64,000 bases of DNA from Truepera sp. (GCA_965218435.1 CBDCKW010000009.1:2528001-2592000); one strand, 5' to 3'; positions 17,399-26,911 are shown, counted from the first letter of the stretch. Made by a program: numbers and translations. The notes: generated by a model not told the origin, from the sequence alone.

Positions 17399-18559
17399 CT
17401 AACGGCTCGGCGGCGTAATCTGATAGAGGACGATCCTCGGACGAGCATAAACGAGTAAAAAGTCGCCACCGGCCCAGAGCGGTTGACCTACGACTGCACG
17501 CCACCGCCGAGAGCCTTCTGAGAGTACGGTATAACGTCCGTCGGCAACAGCTTGCCAACCACCGCCACCCAACACGCCCGTCGGCGGCTCGAGCCGACCC
17601 TGCTGCACCAAAGACGAGAGCGAAAAGAGCGGGTCGGGTAGGGTTTTAGGAAACATTTCAGGGGGAGACGTACCAAACCAGGTCAAGTCAGGACCGGCAG
17701 CCTTCAGCGTGTCCCCAGGTTTGCCGAGTGCAGGGTAACGCCCGCCGGTTTTGCTCACCGGGTCAAAGCGTTCGGCAACGACCAAAAATGGTGCGCCGCG
17801 GCCCGGTTCGTAAAAGATATACGGGCGAATCTGCGCTTCACCTAACCCGAGGGCTTCGGCGGCCTCTAAAAGTCGCGCTCGGCCGGTCGCACTCAGTGCC
17901 CCTCCGGGTACGTCTTCTTCGGGAGCGAAGAGGGGCAAGTTGGTCACCCGCAGGGCGACGTTCGCGTCAGCGGGCGCAGCGTCCGGCAGCGGCGCGGCCC
18001 GCCACGCAGCAAAAGGAGACAGCGCGAGTTTGGGGGTGAGGACGCGGTAGATGGCCAGTAGCGGTTCGTTTTCAAAGCGTCCCTGGGTTCTTAGGGCTGC
18101 GGCGTCTCCCCAGGGCACGACCTCGAGCCGCTCAAAAGGTGAAACGCTGTAACGCGCGACAAAGCGGGGCTCGAGCGGGATCAGGTCGGGCGGGATGCCC
18201 TCAGCAAGGGCCGGAACCGGCACCGTGCCGCCAACGCCGCGCATCGCCGACGCGTACGCCTGCGCCCCATCACGGTCGGCAAAGGCACCCACCCGGAGCC
18301 GGTAGATCGTCTGCACGTCGCCAGGGACGCTGACCAAGTAGGCTGGGTAGCCTTCGTCGCGGAGTGTACGCCGCAAACTTTCCGCTGAGGTTTGGTCCGA
18401 CAGTGCCGCGACCTGGACGGTGTAAGAGATAGCCTGCGCCGAGGCCGTTTGGTAGCTCAGAAAAAAGCTGCTGAGTGCCAGTAGCACAGCATGGCGCGTG
18501 ACATGGTTAAGTAACGTGTTAAGTAACGTTTTGGTTTGCCCCGGCCTGTGACGCTGCAC
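17399..18559 (-). CDS. Secreted SPOR-domain (peptidoglycan-binding) protein
   Basis: Signal peptide, then YTVQVAAL..A..L...L..GY.AY..YRLRVGAF SPOR pattern; leaderless TAGGCT-N6-GTG. Confidence 0.8.
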   Translation of the reverse strand: MQRHRPGQTKTLLNTLLNHVTRHAVLLALSSFFLSYQTASAQAISYTVQVAALSDQTSAESLRRTLRDEGYPAYLVSVPGDVQTIYRLRVGAFADRDGAQAYASAMRGVGGTVPVPALAEGIPPDLIPLEPRFVARYSVSPFERLEVVPWGDAAALRTQGRFENEPLLAIYRVLTPKLALSPFAAWRAAPLPDAAPADANVALRVTNLPLFAPEEDVPGGALSATGRARLLEAAEALGLGEAQIRPYIFYEPGRGAPFLVVAERFDPVSKTGGRYPALGKPGDTLKAAGPDLTWFGTSPPEMFPKTLPDPLFSLSSLVQQGRLEPPTGVLGGGGWQAVADGRYTVLSEGSRRWRAVVGQPLWAGGDFLLVYARPRIVLYQITPPSR

Positions 18560-18636
18560 CTTTTTAGCCTATCATTCAGGCCGCTAGGGTTCCAAGCGTG
18601 CTGACGCGAGCGGCGTAGCTCGAGCCCTGCTGGTCA

Positions 18637-20109
18637 TCAGACGGCTTCGGCAGCTTCAGCGGCAGGTTGAGATTCGGGGGTAGGGGCTTTACCCTCAAGC
18701 GGCGTGCCCTCGACTAGTGAGGCGTTTAAGATAACCTCGATCGCGTCGTCTACCAGCTGGTCAAAATCTCCGGCTTCGACCACCGCAACGCCCTCAGCCT
18801 TGGCCTGAGCGACACAAAAATCTTGAATCATCCGAATCTCTTCAAAGTGTGCCAGATAGTGCTCGCGGCGGCGGCGGCTCTGCGTCTGCGTCTCGCGGGT
18901 GCCGAAATAGCTTTCGTGGAGTTTGGGGTCAGAGACGTTTAAGATAAACTCAACGACGGTCGCGCCCTCTTGCTCTAAAGGCATAAACCCCGGCACCAGA
19001 TGTACACCCTCCATCACCAGAGAACTCGCCTCAGCGATACTGCGTTCGACAATCGCTTGCAGCGGCGCTGTGAGCTGCTGCACCTGCCGCTGAAAACCGC
19101 GCACGACCCTTTTGCGTTTGGGTTTGGGTTGCTCGGAAGGGAGCAGTTCGGCGCGCCACGCGGTAAAGCTCGAGGTGTGCAGCTCCGGGCTCAACTCGGG
19201 GCTGATTAAACTTCTCAGTGCCTGCCGAATCGCGTCGGTTGAGACGATGCGCGGTAAGCCCAACCGGTACGCGAGCGCCGACGCGAGGTTCGATTTGCCG
19301 ACGCCCGGTGCGCCGCCGACCAAGATGATCAGGGGCCGTTCAGGTCGACGCAGCGCGTGCAGCAGCTCGTAACGGCGGACAAACTCTTCGCCTGCTTCTT
19401 GGAGGAGCAGCCGTTTAACGCTGCCGCGCAGGGTTGTGAGCGTCAGGTCACGCTGGCCCAGCCGCCACAGGGCTACCTCGGTGCGTTTGGCAAGTTGGTG
19501 TGACAGCTCCGGGCTGAGCCCCAAAGCCATCAAAGATTGGGCCAAGATACCTCTCGAGTACGGCACCCTTACGCCGTCCTCTTGAATAACCCACAGCTCC
19601 GAAGGCCGTCCCTGCGCCGCTTCAAACCGCTCCCTCGCCTCACGCCCATACCGCACGCCGATAGCCAGCGCCGTCTGATGCACCAGTTCCGGCGGCGTAA
19701 TCAGGTCCGAGCCACTCCGCCGGAGCTCTCCCTCGACCTGCCGCGCCAAAGTGTTCGCTTCCTTGAACGAATAACCCTGCTTTTCCAAGCTGCCAGCCAA
19801 ATTGCGGCGCGAAAAGGCCGTCTCTTCGGCGTCGCCCTCCCGGACTCTGAGCGGCGCAAAGGGCGGCGGTTGGTCGGCAAAACGGGCCGCCGCCTCGGAA
19901 CCGTGCGCTTCTTTAACCAGCTCTGTCAGCGTCGAAACGAGCGCGGCGAGCTTGACCTCTTTTTTGGGCCGGTAGTGTTTCTCTAAGGCCCGCGCCAACC
20001 GGATCGAGTCGTCGGTTAAAAGTCCCGCACCCTGAAGCGATTCGACGACCGTCCCGAGTTGAAACGGCACCTTGTCACCTTCGCGCACGACCTTAAACCC
20101 CTGCTTCAT
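18637..20109 (-). CDS. ATP-cone-containing 2-phosphoglycerate kinase-like P-loop kinase
   Basis: Repeated ATP-cone-like starts (VPFQLGTV, AFSRRNL, VPYSRGIL); GGAPGVGKS; STDAIRQALR; EGVHLVPG. Confidence 0.85.
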   Translation of the reverse strand: MKQGFKVVREGDKVPFQLGTVVESLQGAGLLTDDSIRLARALEKHYRPKKEVKLAALVSTLTELVKEAHGSEAAARFADQPPPFAPLRVREGDAEETAFSRRNLAGSLEKQGYSFKEANTLARQVEGELRRSGSDLITPPELVHQTALAIGVRYGREARERFEAAQGRPSELWVIQEDGVRVPYSRGILAQSLMALGLSPELSHQLAKRTEVALWRLGQRDLTLTTLRGSVKRLLLQEAGEEFVRRYELLHALRRPERPLIILVGGAPGVGKSNLASALAYRLGLPRIVSTDAIRQALRSLISPELSPELHTSSFTAWRAELLPSEQPKPKRKRVVRGFQRQVQQLTAPLQAIVERSIAEASSLVMEGVHLVPGFMPLEQEGATVVEFILNVSDPKLHESYFGTRETQTQSRRRREHYLAHFEEIRMIQDFCVAQAKAEGVAVVEAGDFDQLVDDAIEVILNASLVEGTPLEGKAPTPESQPAAEAAEAV

Positions 20110-20170
20110 ATACTCAGTTTAAGCCCCGTGAGAAAGGGTAAAGGCGCGGACGCCGACAGAAAGGGTCAGG

Positions 20171-20761
20171 TCAGACGTCTAGGGCGCGGACAACGCTTAA
20201 AAAATCTGCAACGATGCTTCCGGTCAGGCCCCAGATCAGCCGTTCCCCGGCGGGGCTCTGGTGGGCGTAAAAGTAGATCACGCGGCGCTGACCCTCTAAC
20301 AGCCGGGTTTCTTGTCGAGGCGTAAGCGTGAGCAGTTCAGCCAAAGGCACCGTAAAGACTTCAGCAACTTCAGCCGTTTGTAACATAAGCGGTTGCGGCC
20401 ACGGCAAGACGCCGACGACCGGCGTCACCACGTAGCGAGCGGGCGAGGGCAGATCACTCAGCGTTCCTAAAAGGGCAGTTTCGGCGATGCCTAAGCCAAT
20501 CTCTTCAGCTGTTTCACGGCGGGCCGCGTCAGAGACACTTTCGCCCGCCTCGCGCCTCCCCCCCGGAAACGAAATCTGTCCCGCGTGATGCGGCAGCTGG
20601 GTGCTACGAACGGTAAAAAGGAGCTCGAGCCCCCCCGGTGCCCGTAAAAGCGGCACCAACACAGCGGCGCGGCGAAAGTCGGGGAAGTTCAAGGTTTTAC
20701 GGGGACGCGAAGGTAGTACGTCTTTAAGTTTTTCTAAAAGCGCGTCAGCTTCTAAGTTCAC
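20171..20761 (-). CDS. Nudix hydrolase, CoA pyrophosphatase family
   Basis: AAVLVPL, HAGQISFPGG..E......A.RETAEEIG, IWGLT. Confidence 0.92.
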   Translation of the reverse strand: MNLEADALLEKLKDVLPSRPRKTLNFPDFRRAAVLVPLLRAPGGLELLFTVRSTQLPHHAGQISFPGGRREAGESVSDAARRETAEEIGLGIAETALLGTLSDLPSPARYVVTPVVGVLPWPQPLMLQTAEVAEVFTVPLAELLTLTPRQETRLLEGQRRVIYFYAHQSPAGERLIWGLTGSIVADFLSVVRALDV

Positions 20762-21369
20762 GTAGCATCGGCTCGAGCGTCCGCCGCGCGGCGGAGCGCG
20801 AGTTCGGGATTAACTCCGGCGGCGCGGGTGTAATCCGTTACGGCGAGTAACAGCTCGCCAAGTGTTTCTTCAGTCGGTGGCGCGTTTAGTGCAGCTTCTA
20901 TCTCGGCACGACTACCGGAGGGCCACCCCAACTTTCGCCCCAGCTCTGCCGCCCGCATCAGGGCTGGCAAACTGCGCGGCACCCGTTCAGCCGGAGCCGG
21001 CTCGACGCCGCCCCGTTCCTCGCGTTTAATTCGCTCCCAATTGCGTTTGACCTCGGCAGAGTCAGCAACCTCCGTATTGCCAAAGATATGCGGGTGCCGC
21101 CGTACCAGTTTTTCGACGATGCTGTTCTCGATATCGTCATAAGAAAATGTCCCGGCTTCTTCTGCGACAACTGCGTGAAACGCAACTTGTAGCAAAACGT
21201 CGCCGAGTTCGTCCGCCATGTATTTAGGGTCGCCTGAAGAAAGGGCGTCAACCGCTTCAGCCGCCTCTTCTAACAGGTAAGGCCGCAAGCTTTCGTGCGT
21301 TTGTTCTCTGTCCCAAGGGCAACCGTCCGGGGCGCGGAGGCGTCGCATCGTCGTTAAGAGTTTGTCCAT
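20758..21369 (-). CDS. mazG: MazG nucleoside triphosphate pyrophosphohydrolase
   Basis: LRAPDGCPWDREQTHESL, EELGD-like DELGDVLLQV, KLVRRHPH. Confidence 0.93.
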   Translation of the reverse strand: MDKLLTTMRRLRAPDGCPWDREQTHESLRPYLLEEAAEAVDALSSGDPKYMADELGDVLLQVAFHAVVAEEAGTFSYDDIENSIVEKLVRRHPHIFGNTEVADSAEVKRNWERIKREERGGVEPAPAERVPRSLPALMRAAELGRKLGWPSGSRAEIEAALNAPPTEETLGELLLAVTDYTRAAGVNPELALRRAADARADAT

Positions 21370-21396
21370 AGGCTAGTTTATCTGTCTAAACTAGAC

Positions 21397-22641
21397 CTAA
21401 ACAGCTTGCTTACGACTCGAGCTTATTCTCCCTGCCGCTACAGATAAAACAATCACCCCAGCCAGCAGATACCCGGCCGTTTGCGTGTTGATAAGCATCA
21501 CACCGAGGCTATCCCCAAGCACACCTGAACCGAGCATCCCGACGAGTTGCGCCGCGCCGAATACGGCAAAGTAGGCGCTAAAGACCCGCCCGCGCACCTG
21601 CGGCTCAGCTTCGGTTTGCAAAATCGTCATCTGCGCGGTAGAGAACATCGCAAACGGTAAACCGGCAACTGCAACAAGGATAAGACTAGGCCAAAATACC
21701 GGATATACGAGTGGGTAGTTAAGGAGTAGACCAACCGTAACACCACTCAGTAATGCACCCCAACCTAAAAGTTTCAACATCGGGATACGGTCAGCGAAGT
21801 TGGTCAGCAAAAGTCCGGCAGTAATACCGCCAACAGCTTGCGCCGACATGATAAGGCCGAGCTCGAGCCCCCCACCCCCCAGCATCACCTTGACAAAGGG
21901 TGCCATCAGCGTTGAAATTGTGCCTTCGCCCAAGCCCGTCAGCGCCACAACCGAAAAGCTCAGCACTAGAGTGCGGTTTCGTCTCACCGCGCCGAGCCCT
22001 GTTCGCCATTCGCTGACTAACCGCCGAAACAATCCCGTAACTACCGCCTGCTCTCTCGTAATTTGTGGCGCACGCACGCCCAGGACAAGTAGCGCAGCCA
22101 AAAGGTATGTCAGTGCGTTCACTACGACGACCCCGCCAAAGCCAACCGACGCGATTAAAAGCCCACCCAGCGCAGGCCCAACGAGCCGTGCAAGATTGTT
22201 GTTCAGTGCGTTCAAGCTGTTCGCCGCTCCTAACCGCGTCTCGTCTACGAGCGTCGGCAAAAGCGCATTTTCTGCTGGGCCGATGAACTGCCCGACCGAC
22301 GATTGTAAAAACGCAATAGGAACGACCAGCCACCACGGAGCCTGTAACACGGTGAGGAACAAAAGCGTCACCCCGACCAACACAAAGTTAGCGATGACCA
22401 TCGTGCGCCGATAATCCCAGCGGTCAACCAGCACGCCCGCAAGCTGCCCCACGACAATCATCGGTAAGGCGCTGGCGATGACGCTAAAACTCGTCGCCAA
22501 AGTTGAGCCGGTTTGGTTATAAACGTAGACCGGCAACGCGATAAAGAGCATGTAGTTACCGACCCACGAGACGAGGCCAGCCCACCACATCAGCATGAAG
22601 TTACGGTTACGCAGGAGTTGTAAAAGGGGGCGTTCAGTCAT
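21397..22641 (-). CDS. MFS transporter
   Basis: About 12 TM; GVLVDRWDYRR MFS motif A. Confidence 0.9.
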   Translation of the reverse strand: MTERPLLQLLRNRNFMLMWWAGLVSWVGNYMLFIALPVYVYNQTGSTLATSFSVIASALPMIVVGQLAGVLVDRWDYRRTMVIANFVLVGVTLLFLTVLQAPWWLVVPIAFLQSSVGQFIGPAENALLPTLVDETRLGAANSLNALNNNLARLVGPALGGLLIASVGFGGVVVVNALTYLLAALLVLGVRAPQITREQAVVTGLFRRLVSEWRTGLGAVRRNRTLVLSFSVVALTGLGEGTISTLMAPFVKVMLGGGGLELGLIMSAQAVGGITAGLLLTNFADRIPMLKLLGWGALLSGVTVGLLLNYPLVYPVFWPSLILVAVAGLPFAMFSTAQMTILQTEAEPQVRGRVFSAYFAVFGAAQLVGMLGSGVLGDSLGVMLINTQTAGYLLAGVIVLSVAAGRISSSRKQAV

Positions 22642-22671
22642 CTATACAGCTTGAGTGCTAAGCTAGTGCAA

Positions 22672-23319
22672 ATGACAGTATCAGATTCAGGTAGCTTTTT
22701 TACGGTGGCAGATACCGAACAAGCGCGGCTACTGACAGAACCCACCAGCAAGGGGTTTTTCAAACCGTTTTTAGCCCATGAGCGCAGTGCCTCGGAAGCC
22801 GCAGCCATCATGCGCTGTAGCCTCAACACCATGCTCTACCGTATTAAGACGCTTTTACGGGCGGGGCTGCTCGAGGTCACTCAAGAAAAACAACGTAAAG
22901 GCCGCGCCGTCAAAATTTACCGTTCAGTTCACGACGCGTACTTCATCCCGTTTAAGGTGACACCTTACGCGACGATTGAAGAGCGGCTCGAGGTTCAATC
23001 TGAACCTATCTTCGCAGGGCTTATTCGCTCTTACGCCGCCACACTTGATAAAAACGACCGCTACGGACATCACATCTTTATCGGTGAAGGTGGCGCAGTA
23101 TGGACGAGCGACCTCTTACCCGAGCTGACTCCAACTGGCCTACCGAATATCTTTACCGATATTTACATCAAATTACATGACGAAGACGCTCATGCTTTAG
23201 GTGAAGAACTGAGAGAGTTGCTCGAGCGTGCCCTACGTTTAGACAGGAAAGCACAGAACGACCCTGAGGCTCGAGCCTATCTGAATATGGTGGCACTTTT
23301 ACCTTTTAGCTCGAGCTAA
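22672..23319 (+). CDS. Winged-HTH (ArsR-like) regulator, paralogue of 47100-47774
   Basis: FLAHERSASEAA..LNTMLYRIKTLLRAGLLEV..RKGRAVKIYRSV; start moved to ATG 22672 (TAAGCT-N7-ATG). Confidence 0.8.
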   Translation: MTVSDSGSFFTVADTEQARLLTEPTSKGFFKPFLAHERSASEAAAIMRCSLNTMLYRIKTLLRAGLLEVTQEKQRKGRAVKIYRSVHDAYFIPFKVTPYATIEERLEVQSEPIFAGLIRSYAATLDKNDRYGHHIFIGEGGAVWTSDLLPELTPTGLPNIFTDIYIKLHDEDAHALGEELRELLERALRLDRKAQNDPEARAYLNMVALLPFSSS

Positions 23320-23375
23320 ACCAGCTGCAAGAACGAAATATGCGCTGTGCTCGAGCCTCAGCGGTAAGGTAGAGC

Positions 23376-24680
23376 GTGAGTTCTAAAACGTCTAAAAAAC
23401 AGCAAAAGCAAAGCAGCAAACTTTCCCTGCTCGACGCCTGCGCGATGGCGATTGGTGGGATGGTCGGTGGCGGCATCTTCGCGGTGCTCGGCGAAGCGGT
23501 CGGAAGGGCGGGAAACGCCGCTTTTATCGCCTTTATTCTGGCGGGTCTGCTGGCGCTCCTGACCGGCGTCTCGTACAGCCGCCTGACGCTCGACTTCGAT
23601 GAACCCGGCGGCAGCTTTACCTTTGTCGAAGAGTTAGCCGGGGCACGCACCGCCGGGACGGTGAGCTGGTTTTTGCTGCTCGGCTACGTGTTTACGCTCA
23701 GCTTGTACGCGCACACCTTCGGGGTGTACGCCGCGCGGCTTTTGGGTTTAGGCGAAGGCTGGAGCCCGGTCCTCGGGGGCGCAATCGTGGTGGCGCTCGC
23801 GGGGCTCAATCTAGGCGGCGTCCACGAATCAGGCATTGCTGAAGATGTGTTGGTCTACCTTAAAGTGGCGATTTTGCTGTTCGTCGCGGGCGTCGGTTTT
23901 TTTGCGGTACAGGGACCACAGGCGTTGCCGGTGCTCGAGTTCGGCGCTTCGGGCATCGTGAGCGCGGCGGCGCTAATTTTCGTCGCGTATGAAGGCTTTG
24001 AACTGCTCACGTACGACTACGACGATATTAAAGACAATCATAGAAATTTACCCAGGGCCATCTGGATTTCGATTCCTACGGTAATCATCATCTATATCTT
24101 AGTGGCGTTCGTGACAACCGGCAGCGTCAGCAATCAGACGGTTTCGCAACATGAGGAGACGGTGCTCGCCTACGTCGCACAGCCGATTTTAGGGCGTGTG
24201 GGGTTTGTCGCCGTCCTCGTCGCCGCTGTTTTTTCGACCGCTTCAGCGATTAACGCGACGCTTTTTGCTTCGGCGCGGCTCGCCAAGCGGGTTACGGATG
24301 ACCATCAGCTGCCCCCCGGTATTGCCCGCTGGCAGCGAAGCGGTGTCCCGGTGGTGTACATTCTCATCTCTGCGGGTAGCGTCGTCGTCGTGCAGGCTTT
24401 GGGCAACTTGGGCCAGATTACGACCTTCTCGAGCCTGGTCTTTTTACTCGTTTACGCGGTGGTTAATCTAAGCGCCGTCATTCACCGCAGCTACCAGGGC
24501 TGGCGGCTCGCTTTTCCCACATTGGGGTTGGTCGGCTGTTTAGCTGCCGCCGGGATGCTGGCGTTTAGTGCTTATCAGGATAATCCGGCGACGCTCTGGC
24601 TGATTTTAGGCGTCGCCGCAGCTCTGCTCGTTCTCAGAATCTTATTCTTTTTCCACCCGCACTTTCGGGCTCGAGGCTAG
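23376..24680 (+). CDS. APC family amino acid permease
   Basis: IGGMVGGGIFAVLG; FVAYEGFEL; multi-TM. Confidence 0.92.
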   Translation: MSSKTSKKQQKQSSKLSLLDACAMAIGGMVGGGIFAVLGEAVGRAGNAAFIAFILAGLLALLTGVSYSRLTLDFDEPGGSFTFVEELAGARTAGTVSWFLLLGYVFTLSLYAHTFGVYAARLLGLGEGWSPVLGGAIVVALAGLNLGGVHESGIAEDVLVYLKVAILLFVAGVGFFAVQGPQALPVLEFGASGIVSAAALIFVAYEGFELLTYDYDDIKDNHRNLPRAIWISIPTVIIIYILVAFVTTGSVSNQTVSQHEETVLAYVAQPILGRVGFVAVLVAAVFSTASAINATLFASARLAKRVTDDHQLPPGIARWQRSGVPVVYILISAGSVVVVQALGNLGQITTFSSLVFLLVYAVVNLSAVIHRSYQGWRLAFPTLGLVGCLAAAGMLAFSAYQDNPATLWLILGVAAALLVLRILFFFHPHFRARG

Positions 24681-24882
24681 CCAGACGATAGAACACACAA
24701 ACTTCTGACCTAGGCGCGACGATGTTAGCGAAACCTAAAAGGTTTTGTGTTTTGACTTGTGGCTGCGAAAATAGATGAACGGAGGTTAGCGTAGCAGGCC
24801 GGAAAGAGAGAGGTTTGTGAGAAACATCATAGTTAAGCTTCACAGTTCTCATGAACGGCAGCATAATCATCGTACAAAGGTT

Positions 24883-24923
24883 TTTACACGTCTCCTCTTA
24901 TTCCGTATAAGTACTAGTTAAGC
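24883..24923 (+). promoter_or_regulatory. attI-like site with embedded promoter-like sequence at the 5' edge of the RidA cassette
   Basis: TTTACA-N17-TATAAG; CCGTATAA-GTACTA-GTTAAGC (GTTRRRY core at 24917-24923). Confidence 0.4.
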
Positions 24924-24965
24924 CCCAGAAGCTGCATCTATTCACGCCACAGAGAGGAACACCAC

Positions 24966-25346
24966 GTGTCTCGTCAGATCGTGTTCAGCGCAAAGGCTGC
25001 GAAACCACCGGCGACCTACAGCCAAGCGGTCAAGGCAGCTGGCCTTGTGTTTGTCTCTGGAACGTCGCCAATCGATCCAGTCACGGGAAAGATTGAAGGC
25101 ACAACAATCCAGGAGCAAACAGCTCGGTGCCTGGCAAACATCCGCGCCATCCTCGAAGAGACCGGTAGTTCCATGGATAAGGTGGCCAGCATGACAGTAG
25201 TGCTGGCGGAGGAAGATGACTTCGCGGGCATGAACGAAGAGTGGCTCAAGTGGTTCCCGTCTGATCCTCCGGCTCGCCAAGGCGCAAAGCTTCCTGTCCG
25301 TGTCCCCGGTCTGAAGATCTCAATTGCTGCCATCGCTGAGGCCTAA
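24966..25346 (+). CDS. RidA/YjgF/UK114 family protein (integron-cassette-like)
   Basis: YSQAVKA, FVSGT, FAGMNEEW, PPAR motifs; stop TAA lies inside GCCTAAC. Confidence 0.92.
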   Translation: MSRQIVFSAKAAKPPATYSQAVKAAGLVFVSGTSPIDPVTGKIEGTTIQEQTARCLANIRAILEETGSSMDKVASMTVVLAEEDDFAGMNEEWLKWFPSDPPARQGAKLPVRVPGLKISIAAIAEA

Positions 25347-25381
25347 CCTTTCCATCGAGGCGACGTCCTAAACGGCTGCGC
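25341..25381 (+). mobile_element. Left half of an attC site (truncated)
   Basis: GCCTAAC-CTTTC-CATCGAGG-CGACGTCC...GGCTGCGC; no matching right arm found. Confidence 0.55.
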
Positions 25382-25509
25382 TCAAGGCGGGCGCGAGGCC
25401 AGTAGCATTATTGTGCCCTAAAAGTTAGACTGTTCCTACTACAGCTCCGCAACAGCCCTTTAGTTGTAGCTGCCACGAGTACCCTCACGGCAGGCCCGAG
25501 AAAGTCCGT

Positions 25510-26472
25510 ATGACCGCATTACCCATTGGCCTAACGGTTTGTCCTTTTAGGATAGACACTGACGTACCGCCCCTCTTGCAGCTTTTAACTGAAGTTGAAG
25601 CCGTTGACAAAGGTGAGTTGCTTTCAGAAGAGCAATTACAGCTTTATTTGTCGCTACCGAATCACAACTCTGAAACCGACCGTTGGATCATCGCGCATCC
25701 CGATGACGCAGACGTACTTATCGCTCACGCCGAGCTGTATTTGCCGAATGACAAGGATGATCGCCGGGTTGCTGACGGAACGCTCGTCGTTCATCCACAG
25801 TGGCGGCAGCAAGGTTTGGGAAATATCCTTTTTTCAAAGATTGAAGAAAGACTTGCGCAAGTTTCTGACATTGCCTTACGCTTCTACCTCGACCCACGTC
25901 TCGAGGCTGCCATTAGGTTCGCTGGAGAGAGAAGGCTCGAGCCCAACCTAGCTGACACCTACAACGAAATGCACGCCGTCTTAGCCGACGTAACGACCGA
26001 ACCCGTGCTACCGGATGGTTTTCTACTCCGTTCGTACCGAGACGTTGACGATTTGCCGACCCTTGTTGAAGCCTTAAACCGTGGGTTTGAAGGACTTTTG
26101 GGACATCACCACACGACCGAAACCGAGTTTGCGCCGCACCTTGCCCAAATTGACTGGGACGGTTTGTTTCTCCTCTTTGCTCCAGACGGCAGTGTTGCCG
26201 GAGAAGTAAGCGCAGAACTTGCACCCGACCTCACGGAACGCAACGGCGTCTCGACAGGCCGAGTTGACAGCCCCGGCGTCATTCCTGAATATCGTTCGCT
26301 CGAGCTTTACGGCGGACTTTTACTTTCAGGCGTAGCATATCTCAAGCAGCAAGGCGCTGTAAAGGCCGAACTTCAGTCGTGGGGTGACGCGCCGGAGACG
26401 ATTCAGCTGTACGCGTCACTGGGGTTTAGAACCGTGCATCAGCAGGTTGCATATCAGCGAGAGGTCATTTGA
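25510..26472 (+). CDS. Tandem GNAT acetyltransferase
   Basis: VHPQWRQQGLG and GVIPEYRS...LYASLGF acetyl-CoA motifs. Confidence 0.88.
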   Translation: MTALPIGLTVCPFRIDTDVPPLLQLLTEVEAVDKGELLSEEQLQLYLSLPNHNSETDRWIIAHPDDADVLIAHAELYLPNDKDDRRVADGTLVVHPQWRQQGLGNILFSKIEERLAQVSDIALRFYLDPRLEAAIRFAGERRLEPNLADTYNEMHAVLADVTTEPVLPDGFLLRSYRDVDDLPTLVEALNRGFEGLLGHHHTTETEFAPHLAQIDWDGLFLLFAPDGSVAGEVSAELAPDLTERNGVSTGRVDSPGVIPEYRSLELYGGLLLSGVAYLKQQGAVKAELQSWGDAPETIQLYASLGFRTVHQQVAYQREVI

Positions 26473-26492
26473 TAAACTTCAAAGAGAAGATT

Positions 26493-26687
26493 TCAAAACG
26501 CTTTGGGTAAACCCGCCTGCTTGAGCACGCTATTGGCTGTGTGCCGAGATTTGATCTTGCTGTCTACCGGAAAGTAGTGATCATTTACAGGGCTGTACCA
26601 AAGCTCGTGATCGCCTTTGCCCTGGCGGTAAAACTTGCAGCCTGCCTTTCTCAGTAGTTTTTTGAGCTGCGGAGCATAGTCGGCCAT
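26493..26687 (-). CDS. hicA: HicA family mRNA interferase toxin
   Basis: ATG 26687 overlaps the upstream TAA; RQGKGDHELW catalytic His motif; SRHTANSVLKQAGL. Confidence 0.88.
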   Translation of the reverse strand: MADYAPQLKKLLRKAGCKFYRQGKGDHELWYSPVNDHYFPVDSKIKSRHTANSVLKQAGLPKAF

Positions 26688-26911
26688 TAAGCCGCGTTTA
26701 GCGTGCGCTCTGCTTTTAGGTGAATCGTACACGTGCCGATAAGCTCAGGCGCGTTTAGCTCGAGCAACTCTGGAATCAGGCTTTCAAGTTTGATCGCTAG
26801 CTGCTCGAGCGTTTCAGCCTCCGTGACCAAGCCGGGTACATGGTCACTTTCTGCAACCCACACGCCCGCTTCGGTATCCCAAACGGCCCGCACTTCTATG
26901 TCTTGTGCCAT
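26687..26911 (-). CDS. DUF1902 / HicB-like antitoxin without a DNA-binding domain
   Basis: WDTEAGVWVAESDHVPGLVTEAETLEQL HicB-like fold motif; leaderless TATACT-N6-ATG. Confidence 0.82.
   Translation of the reverse strand: MAQDIEVRAVWDTEAGVWVAESDHVPGLVTEAETLEQLAIKLESLIPELLELNAPELIGTCTIHLKAERTLNAA

Noticed and set aside
24634..24870. 78-aa minus-strand ORF as an integrase remnant beside the attI-like site
   Set aside because: No tyrosine-recombinase motifs recognisable.
25413..25430. GCCCTAAAAGTTAGAC as the right end of the RidA attC or as an attI1 copy
   Set aside because: No L-box complementary to CATCGAGG at the right spacing, and it lacks 4 nt relative to attI1; TAGACT may simply be a -10 box.
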